Below the pieces are notes generated by a model. It was not told where the DNA came from. It searched no databases and saw nothing but the letters and a program-made list of their open reading frames with translations. A stretch of 63,305 nucleotides of DNA, the filler included, from Licmophora abbreviata (taxonomy: Eukaryota): the NCBI GenBank assembly GCA_900291995.1. It is 14 parts of 14 records of this genome, joined end to end, with 100 filler letters (N's around TTAATTAATTAA, not from the genome) between each part and the next. Parts side by side here need not be neighbours in the genome. Positions count along the whole stretch, not along the records: positions 10,046 to 13,948 come from OLMU01004139.1; positions 14,049 to 18,585 come from OLMU01004140.1; positions 18,686 to 20,319 come from OLMU01004142.1; positions 20,420 to 29,161 come from OLMU01004143.1; 10 more parts are not named here. The stretch is one strand, 5' to 3'. Positions 11,866 through 20,868 of this stretch are shown here, piece by piece. Both the position numbers and the translations under genes were made by a program. Numbering within the stretch: the first letter of the stretch is position 1; each line of letters opens with the position of its first letter.

Positions 11866-14800
11866 CTATGATCGTTTACTCTGTTTAAGCATCTCAAACG
11901 CCATACCCCCACTTAGCTCAACACTTTTTTCGTCGGACTCCTCCACATCTTCCAGAGAAGCGCCCGCATCGTCCAGAGACGCTGTACCGTGAGGCTTTCG
12001 GTGCGACAGCTGCAGAATGCGCAAGGAGCGAGCAAGATCCATTTGACTACCGCCTTCCATTAATAGCGTGTAATCGTAGTCTTTGTTGGCCTTTCGCGGA
12101 GTGATTCGCTTCTTCTTTGGCGCAACCTTTCGATCGACAAGCAAGTGCGTTTCCATTTCGCCGATGCCCTTCACGTGTACCACCCCCCTTCGCTCTGTCG
12201 TGAAATCGTTCTTGATCAAATTGACGACACTGGGTGTTATCTGAATCTTGCCCGGGATTCCTGTGCTCTCCATCCTCGACGCTAGGTTGAAACGCAGAAA
12301 AAAATAGAGACGATGAGACATCATTTTCCCCATTCGATTCGTGAGCGCTTCACCTACTACTCACCGAGATTGACCGCGTCTCCCCACAGGTCATATAGGT
12401 ATCGCTTGGTACCAACGACACCGGCAACAACCTCGCCCGAGTTGATTCCGACACGCAGATTCAAGGTACGATCCGGGTGGCGGTCGTTAAAGTTGCGGAG
12501 TGCCTCGATCATGTCGAGCGCAAAATGACACACTGCAGAGCAGTTTGCAGATGCCACTGCATCCTCCTCCGCTTTGGATTCTGGAACGATTGTTGCCATG
12601 TAGCAGTCTCCAATCGTCTTGATCTTTGTGAGCGGATGATACTGCTCAACTAGGTCGTCAAACATACTAAACAGCTCATTTAACATGGATACGACCTCCT
12701 CGGGTTTCATGCTGTTCGACATGGCAGTGAAGCCGACGATATCAGCAAAGAGGATTGTCGCACCCGAGTGGCTCTCTGCAATGTGCGATGGATCGGATTT
12801 CAATTTGGCAGCAATGCGTTCTGGGAGCACATTGAACAACAGCACCTCGGCAGCGGCCTTTTCGATTTCTGCCTGCATGCGTCGCTTCTTGTCGGTCATA
12901 TCCTCTGCGTATATTGCAAAGAATACGGCATTGTCCGGGCCCTCCACTTCAACGGTGTGTAGCGAGACGGGAAAGGACTTGCCTTCCTTGGTGAGTCCTT
13001 CACCCTCCCTCGTCTCGGTCACAGGTACTCCGACCGAGAGAAACGCTTCCATTTCTGCTACGACAGCGTCACCAACCTTCTTGGAGAGCACTTGCTTGAC
13101 AGAACATCCTTTCAGATCGTTAGCTTCCCAGCCGAACTTGTTGACTGCGGCAATGTTGACTCGGACGATGCTACCACTCGAGTCGACGACAAACAACGCA
13201 TCTGGAGATGACTCGATGATTTTACTGGTAAATTGCTCTTTTCTTCGAATTTCAAGCTCATATTGCTTTTGCTTGGTCAAGTCACGGAGAAAGCCCGCGA
13301 ACTGTCGCTTGTCTCCATCTTGAACCTTAACCTCGCAGAGTGCAAGCTCCATGAGAAATTGTGTCCCGTCCTTTCTCATTGCCAAAAGCTCACGTTTCTG
13401 GCCCATGATGTGCGACACACCCGTCTTGAGAAAGCGCTTCAGGTACTCGTCGTGGTGCTGGGCGTGGCCTCCACCGCAAATGATACTAATGTTGCTCCCA
13501 AGAAGTTCGGCCTTGGTCCACCCAAGGTGGCCCTCGGCCGCGTCGTTCACCAGCTCGACAATCCCGTCTTCGTTGATCATCAGTAAGGGGTCTAGAGCTG
13601 TATCAATGATTCCTCGGATGAGATCCTCTCTTCGCTTGCGACCCGATAAGTCGTGCACAACACCACAGAACATCCTGTCCTCTCCTGGATTCGTCTTGAG
13701 CTCCAAAACAGCCAATTCAATCCAAAACTCAGTCCCATCCTTGCGCCGAGCCGGCAACTCTCGGTTCTTTCCAATGACGCGCTTTTCTCCCGTGGCGAGA
13801 TAGTGCTTCATGTAATTGTCGTGATGCTTGGCGTGGTTGCCACCACAAATCACACTAATGTTCTTTCCAACAAGTTCTTGTCGACTCCATCCAAATTTGT
13901 CGACTGCCGCTTGATTGACCATGAGTACCGTTCCATTTTCGTTCACATNNNNNNNNNNNNNNNNNNNNNNNNNNNNNNNNNNNNNNNNNNNNTTAATTAA
14001 TTAANNNNNNNNNNNNNNNNNNNNNNNNNNNNNNNNNNNNNNNNNNNNGTCGACTGCCGCTTGATTGACCATGAGTACCGTTCCATTTTCGTTCACATGA
14101 AACATGGGATCCAAGGACGCCTCCACCATTTCCGCCGCCAGACGTTCCTTTTGCTTGAGAGAGGACAAGTCTCGCACAAAGCCACAGAAGAGCCGTTCGT
14201 CTCCCAGAAACGTGTCACATTCGACCACTCCCAGCTCAATAGGAAACTCCGACCCATCCTTTCGTCTGGCAGGCAGTTCCCGCTTTCGTCCAATTACTCT
14301 CGTTTCTCCGGTCGCCAAGTACCGCTCCAAATACGCGTGGTGTTGCGGCCCATGATTGCCGCCGCAAATCATGCTAATGTTGTTGCCCAAAAACTCAGTT
14401 CGGCTCCAGCCAAATAGTTTCGTGGCAGCAGAATTGACCATTTGAATCGTCCCGTGCTCGTTAATTTGAAAGAGCGGGTCGAGGGAGGCGTCAAAGACGG
14501 CCGATAGTATACTTTCCCGCTGATGGGCGTCCGATGAGACCGTCAGAGTTTCGGTGTCGGTGGGAAGTGCATTGAGACTGCTTCGACGACGCAGGAACTG
14601 CGGCTGTCCTCCGGACGCGACACTTTTCACACTGTCCTGATGATCGCCATGACGAATCCACAAGAGAATCAAGTTGTCATCGTCAAAGAGTGTCAGCTGC
14701 AACGCTCCGGGAAACGACGTGCCATCCAGTTTTCTGCCAGTGATGGTCCACTCGTCCGGGAGCGAGGATGATGATGATTCATCGGATTGATGAATGTAGT

Positions 14801-15056
14801 TTAGCGTTTCCAGCCAGCTCAGACTATCCTTTTCTTCAGCCATGGCTGTCCCCAGTGTCCAAAAGGACAGGGTAGAGTCGACATTCGATCCAACCAAGGA
14901 TGAAGGCCTGTCTGCACCGCCGGAAGTTGACCCAAAGAGGTCATGCGCGGGCTGGTTTGCATACAGAATCTTGTGTTCCGAAGCGTCGACTAGCACTCCG
15001 GCGTCAAACGAATTCTTCAGAACTTTCGTCAGTAATGTCTTTGAGCTGCTCATCAT
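11866..15056 (-). CDS. Soluble multi-PAS class III adenylyl cyclase (5 PAS + cyclase, ~985 aa if the two contigs are merged)
   Basis: Cyclase motifs ATILFADIVGFT, KIKTIGDCYM, LRVGINSGEVVAGVVG, YDLWGDAVNL|ASRMES, with intron 12282..12364. PAS repeats with RxDGxxF. The linker splits the gene, and 13899..13948 is identical to 14049..14098. Confidence 0.92.
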
Positions 15057-15457
15057 CGCCGAGAGAAAGAAGCAACGCCAAAACGATTCGCTACAGCGAG
15101 ACAATCGACCATCAACGATACTGGTATAGCATGTCGCAAAGGACAGTCAGCCCTCCAGAGTTCTTCGGAAGTTTTGGAATGTTGTCTGTTTTTTGTCTCT
15201 ACGACGTCCTATCATAAATATGCAGTCGTGCTTCGTATAGTACAAGAGCTGCGCGATGTCACCTGCGCCGTGATCTTTCTGTGGCGTGTGTGTGTGTGAG
15301 GATGCCAATGGCGGTACCGTGTCATAGTCAACCATACAATTAGAGCCGAACTGGACTTGCGATTCAATGCCTCGTGATCATGTGTGTATTTTCATCGCCT
15401 GACGCTTGATTGGATCACCATTGATATTACAAGAACCGAAAACGCTCGTCAGCAATC

Positions 15458-15856
15458 ATGTCGTCGTCATCAGCCTCCACACAAGCTCATCATCCGGATG
15501 CCCAGAGTTCATCGTCGCCAGAAATACAAGCACTGCGGCAGTCCGCGGACCAAGCCGTTGAATTGATCAATCGTCTCGATGCAGACTACTCTGATCTCGA
15601 AGAACGAGAGCAGCAGCTACTGCAGGCCATGCGGTGTCTGGTCCAAGATCAGGCATGTCTCCAGAATGCCATACGCGAGACCACGGAATCTGGACCGGAG
15701 CGACGGGCACGACGTGTGCAAGAACGAGATGATGCTGTGATTGCAAGATTGGAATCGGCATTGCTTCAAGCAGCGAGTAGCAGTGAGGATGAGGAAGAGC
15801 AGGACGACACCGCGATGAGTACGACAAGCAATCGGGATCATCGTCAAGGCGCATGA
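15458..15856 (+). CDS. Small coiled-coil hypothetical protein (132 aa)
   Basis: ATG-started ORF with heptad-like helical composition and an acidic tail; a (GAT)n microsatellite follows the stop. Confidence 0.65.
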   Translation: MSSSSASTQAHHPDAQSSSSPEIQALRQSADQAVELINRLDADYSDLEEREQQLLQAMRCLVQDQACLQNAIRETTESGPERRARRVQERDDAVIARLESALLQAASSSEDEEEQDDTAMSTTSNRDHRQGA

Positions 15857-17157
15857 TGATGATGATGATGATGATGATGAGCAAGCCGCAAGACGGCACG
15901 AACGCTGGATTGACAACCACCCAGGAAGTAAGTGTGCAAGAGAGAAAGTTGTAGACTATTTATACTTTGGACAACTTTGGTTGGTTGTGTTTTGAAGGGC
16001 GGGAAAGCGCACCGACCGCAACTTCTCGTCCAGAGGTGCATGTCGAATCCATTTCATACGCAGTCCCATTTCTCATGTAGAAGCGCAGAACCAAAATGGA
16101 ACAATCGGAAGGATCATGTTTGGTGATGTCAATTAGTTGACCAACCGTCTCTCTAGTATCTAGTACCATTCCGTGCGGCAGCAACAACACATCTATCTGA
16201 GCATCTCTACTCTGTAACGCTAGTCGCCTATTGGCCCTTCTTTTGATCCAACGGTTTTCCCTCATTTGTTGAGATATCGGATACGCCAATCTTTACGATG
16301 GTCGTATTTTTTGTTACTTTCCTTCGCGATCGAGTTGCTTCTCCTCGGTTCCGATTTCCGGTCATTCCTCACCAGAATTCCCCCGCTAGCCTGGCTGGGA
16401 AGCTTCCCGTTCCAACTCGGCATCCAACGCTTCCAGTCGTGCATCTACGCGTCGAAACCTTCTCCGGAAGATTGTCTTGTTGCATGAAGGATGCCGCTGA
16501 CGATCAATGGAGACCCCGTGGTCTCCCGGGCCTGGATCCTGGGGAAGTTGAAAATATGATGCTTTCCGACGAGAATGTCAGTGTGGAAGAGTGCAAGTGT
16601 CAAAGGCATGTTGAAATGACTCAACACGTCATTTCCGAAGATCCTCGTAGAAACAATACCAATCTTGTTTCGCGTGAACCTCCAGTTAGGAGGTCGATGC
16701 ACTTCAGCATTTTGAATGAGCTGGAGTCTTGTTGGACGTTCTGGTTCAATACAAATTTCTGGAGTGAGTTCAAGGAAAAATCTCAACGGCAGGCAATAGT
16801 CCGATTTTATATATGCCCCGACGAGGCGCCATCCGCAACGAGGAATTTTATGATCATTGAGAATCGAAATGTGCCGTTGTTCCAGCTGCCATTCATTTCA
16901 AATACTTATGGATAATATCGCTTCTACCATTTCTGAGACGTTTACACGAATGATCAAACTACAGTTCTTAAAGTTTTAATCTTCAAGATTCATGAGCGGG
17001 CAGCGCAAGGTCCCACAACGGCTTGTCCAAATGTCACAAAATTCAACCCCGCTCTGGATCACACAGCACCGGCGACATTCAATACTCCGGCAGAACGAAC
17101 GTTCCCCTGTGATCTTGTGAAAGACTTTGGGTTTCACAATCAACACGAAGTAAGACC

Positions 17158-18003
17158 ATGAAGCTCTTTGTTTCCATCGGGGCCCTTGCGGTCCTTTGCA
17201 GCACCGTTTCGGCGCAGGACGTCTTGTCTTTCGTCCTGCGCGTTAAGGAAGGTGATGCCATCGACGATTTGTATTGTCCTCTCAACAAAAAAGATCTTGG
17301 AAGTTCAATGGAAGAGTACGTTTTTAATCGTATTGTCGATGGCGTCGAGGAATATGCCAAGGAGGTTGGCGTGCTGGAAAAAGACGTCACGTTGAAGGGC
17401 GGAGAGTTGATCGCAGACAACATTGAAGACGGCCATCGTGTTCTTTTCTCTTACCATCGCAATAATGGTGGCGGAAGCGGTGGTGCTGGAAGTGGGTCGA
17501 GTGGCGATGACGAAGATGACGGCGGCCGTAAGCTGTTTAGGTTCAACTGGAAGCCTCGCAAGTACGGTGGTGGCTCTGGCGGTTCAAACAATGGTGACGA
17601 CAACGATGGCGGCGGCCGTAAACTGTTCAGGTTCACGTGGAAGCCTCGCAACCGCGGTGGTGGCTCTGGTGGTTCAAACAATGGTGACGACAACGATGGC
17701 GGCGGCCGTAACCTGTTCAGGTTCACGTGGAAGCCTCGCAACCGCGGTGGTGGCTCTGGCGGTTCAAACAATGGTGACGACAACGATGGCGGCGGCCGTA
17801 ACCTGTTCAGGTTCACGTGGAAGCCTCGCAACCGCGGTGGTGGCTCTGGAGGTTCAAATAATGGTGACGACAACGATGGCGGCGGACGCATGCTCCAGGA
17901 CATTCAAGACTTTGAGAAGGAGGTCAGCAAGTCGATAACTGAGACGATCAAGAAGGAATGTAAGGGACCCGAGCTAACTGTTGAAGTTTTCATTGACCCT
18001 TAA
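17158..18003 (+). CDS. Secreted multi-peptide precursor with six RXL sites
   Basis: Signal peptide MKLFVSIGALAVLCSTVSA, then five 30-aa units delimited by RVL/RKL/RKL/RNL/RNL/RML. Confidence 0.9.
   Translation: MKLFVSIGALAVLCSTVSAQDVLSFVLRVKEGDAIDDLYCPLNKKDLGSSMEEYVFNRIVDGVEEYAKEVGVLEKDVTLKGGELIADNIEDGHRVLFSYHRNNGGGSGGAGSGSSGDDEDDGGRKLFRFNWKPRKYGGGSGGSNNGDDNDGGGRKLFRFTWKPRNRGGGSGGSNNGDDNDGGGRNLFRFTWKPRNRGGGSGGSNNGDDNDGGGRNLFRFTWKPRNRGGGSGGSNNGDDNDGGGRMLQDIQDFEKEVSKSITETIKKECKGPELTVEVFIDP
17437..17895 (+). repeat. In-frame 90-bp tandem repeat (1 diverged + 4 near-identical units)
   Basis: Units start at 17437, 17527, 17617, 17707 and 17797. The last four encode RxLFRF[NT]WKPRxxGGGSGGSNNGDDNDGGG. 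Confidence 0.97.
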
Positions 18004-18831
18004 ACGAAGGGTGTGAGAGGACGGATGGGCTCTACATCACGACTGACACGTGCATTGGTGCGTGAACGGAATTGCGTTGAAGGAATCGGTAGCTCAGATG
18101 GCGAAATGGACATTTCCTAGCCTAGGGTATTCTAAATAGCATTGTATGAATGAATGTTAAAGTTAGTTCTAACCTTGGCTGGTAGCTATAGTGTTGAAAG
18201 CCCAGACATCATCCGTTCGAGCCCTCGAAACGGAACAAGCGAATCTGCTTCGTTCTCGCTCATTCTTCACCGAATCTTGCTTCAGCCTGCCCCGCGACTT
18301 GACCCATCTTCTAGGTGTTATTGTTCCCGTTCCCAAAAGGTTAAGTTCGAACGAAAACGATCTCTTTCATCCCACTTTCTATCCTCTCATGGTAATTTCT
18401 CTTCACGTGGGACTTCAACTCCCCAACCTAAAAATTTCGAGAGCGAATCGGAAAAATTTCATGTCGCTCGCCGAAAATGACCCTTATGACGTCATACAAG
18501 AACTCAAATGGTATGCAAATGTCAAGGGGGATTCTCTGTACGAAGCCCCCCTAATCGTCTGTCCGGCGGCGATATTCATTCGATTNNNNNNNNNNNNNNN
18601 NNNNNNNNNNNNNNNNNNNNNNNNNNNNNTTAATTAATTAANNNNNNNNNNNNNNNNNNNNNNNNNNNNNNNNNNNNNNNNNNNNTCTACTACAGTAGAA
18701 GTACGGGTAGTAGTATCACGTATCATTCAAGTTGATCACAACTCCTTCTTGCTATGCCAGTAGCTCGAGATGACTCGTATCCACTGTTCACCAGCAGCCC
18801 GTAAATAGTAGCATTTCAGTCGGTCCCAATC

Positions 18832-19110
18832 TCAGTTTCCATCTCCATCCTCATCCTCGTCGTCCACCTCGAGCCCTCTCGCCAACGACGCCTCCGCTTC
18901 CGACACAAGTGAGTCTGTTAGAATATCCGTCAGTCGAGTGGTAGCAGCTACCATGCGGGCTTGTTGGGAAGCTCGCATCAGTCGCATTGCCGTCGTCGAC
19001 TGCTGCGAAAGGACTCGATTGGAAGCGGCAGTGGTCGTCCTCGGGAGAGCAGTCCGTTGCAAGGCCCTGGAGGCCGTCGTTGTCCCTCTTTGCAGCGCCG
19101 TTCGATACAT
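18832..19110 (-). CDS. Small, probably mitochondrion-targeted protein (92 aa)
   Basis: R/T/A/S-rich, acid-free N-terminal ~60 aa resembling a presequence, plus an acidic C-tail (EVDDEDEDGDGN). Confidence 0.6.
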   Translation of the reverse strand: MYRTALQRGTTTASRALQRTALPRTTTAASNRVLSQQSTTAMRLMRASQQARMVAATTRLTDILTDSLVSEAEASLARGLEVDDEDEDGDGN

Positions 19111-19701
19111 TGTAATGTTGCTGAATAGATGATGAGTATGAGCGATCGACGGAGGCTATGAAACGAGCAAAACACCGAACAGCAGCAGTCTACAAGTCTT
19201 CGTCGGTCAGCAGCCGTCCATTTTGAGGAAGCTGTGTGTTTGGAGAGGTGGCGCGCATCATCTGGGGCGCAGTGTTCGCATCAGGCGAACCCCTGTATTG
19301 TTCGAACTCGGGCAGAGATGGTGCTCACAACAAGTGCGGATTGGACTCTACCCTGGAAGCAGGCGTAACATGCCCTTCCTTTATCGTGGGAGGGTACACA
19401 TAACTTTTCTAGAGAGTAGTCAGCTGAGTTATCGATACACTCCTGACTTCGTCAAACTCACAACAATAAGTTTACTCTTGACAGTTATTATCGGTAGTGT
19501 GTGTGTTATCTGTGATCTACTGTGCTGTACAATGTTCTAAGGTGTCGTGTGTACATTGGATGCGTTCGCGAGGTCTTCCGACGCTAACGGAATTGACCCG
19601 ACCTTTAATATCTTTGGACAAGTATGAGGAGAGAGCGCGTGGTATATTTGGTTGTGAAATGCGCCGGAATTGTATGTGCAAGGAGCTCGTGTTGCCCCAA
19701 T

Positions 19702-20319
19702 TTAGGGCTGCAGAGTTCCACTCTTGTTGCTTTTGAGAATGGCCGTACCCAACAATACGTGCGAGTCATCCTTGAAGCTCGTGGACGAGTGCTTCTTGCT
19801 CCACACGGTTCCCGTGTTGCACAGCAACAATCCGGGCGGGATACTCAAAACATCCTTGTCGAGCGGAATGCTCTCCGCCAGCTTGGTATTGAGGAGCATG
19901 TGTTTTTCCATCGCAGCGGCAGCATCGCGGTAGTGCAAGGCCTTTTTGAGAATGTTGGACTCATCGGCATATTTGTGAAGATGATCGATGCGCTCGGTAT
20001 TGTACTCGCCGGCCTTGGTTTCTATGCGAAACTTTTCCACTTGGGCTTCGGCCAGTCCCTCGGGCGTCCAGACGGGGAAGGACATGTAAATGCGACCGCT
20101 CGGGAGCTTGGCCGCATTGCGTTGAACGTCGGTCGCAAGATCAAAGCCGACGACCAATTTTCCTGCCGGCACGTCGTCTTTCCAGATGAGCTCCCAGCAG
20201 CCGTGCTCCAGAGGGACCTGCTGAGCTCCTTTCATGCTGATGAAGGAACCGGGTCGATGGACTGTGAGGGCGCGAGTGCCGCTGCTCAGCGACGGGTGGG
20301 GTCCGTGAATGCCGGGCAT
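19702..20319 (-). CDS. Hypothetical protein, 5' truncated by gap
   Basis: 205-codon open frame with strong coding bias and globular composition (GCWELIWKDD...GRIYMSFPVW). Confidence 0.75.
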   Translation of the reverse strand: MPGIHGPHPSLSSGTRALTVHRPGSFISMKGAQQVPLEHGCWELIWKDDVPAGKLVVGFDLATDVQRNAAKLPSGRIYMSFPVWTPEGLAEAQVEKFRIETKAGEYNTERIDHLHKYADESNILKKALHYRDAAAAMEKHMLLNTKLAESIPLDKDVLSIPPGLLLCNTGTVWSKKHSSTSFKDDSHVLLGTAILKSNKSGTLQP

Positions 20320-20868
20320 NNNNNNNNNNNNNNNNNNNNNNNNNNNNNNNNNNNNNNNNNNNNTTAATTAATTAANNNNNNNNNNNNNNNNNNNNNNNNN
20401 NNNNNNNNNNNNNNNNNNNAAATACAGATTCGTCTTTTACAAAAATGAACCAAAAAGTGTGTATCTGGCACAGGGTCAATCGTAACAAACACAAACGACT
20501 GCCTTCACATATACATGCCAATCAATGGTGTTCTGATGCAAGTTCTGATGTGTTGCCAAACGCTGTGATGGCACGTGACACCACGCCCTCACTTCATGCG
20601 TCAGAATCAGTCAGAACTTCTGTCATTCAGTCGTGGCGGGATTGAAGTTCTTGTAGTCTGTCATCAGTCGAAGAAGTCCATTGTGTATCTGGAGACTTCG
20701 TTTGATCAGCTCAATTAGATATCTATCCGGTTTGTTCATTTACCCCGGTCGCTTCCGGCTTATCTTGTCATTTGGAGATGACATTCGTTCGTTTCTGCTA
20801 GTTGTATACGGAGATATCCTTGGTCGCATCACAGAGATTCTATAATTAGCAAATCTAAAATGCTTGAT

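Noticed and set aside
15960..16915. ORFs 16298..16915 (+) and 16445..16786 (-) as a gene or transposon remnant
   Set aside because: No recognisable motif, no consistent frame or splice structure, and no terminal repeats seen. A decayed gene cannot be excluded.
17437..17895. 90-bp repeats as a CRISPR array
   Set aside because: Contiguous in-frame coding repeats with no unique spacers and no cas genes.
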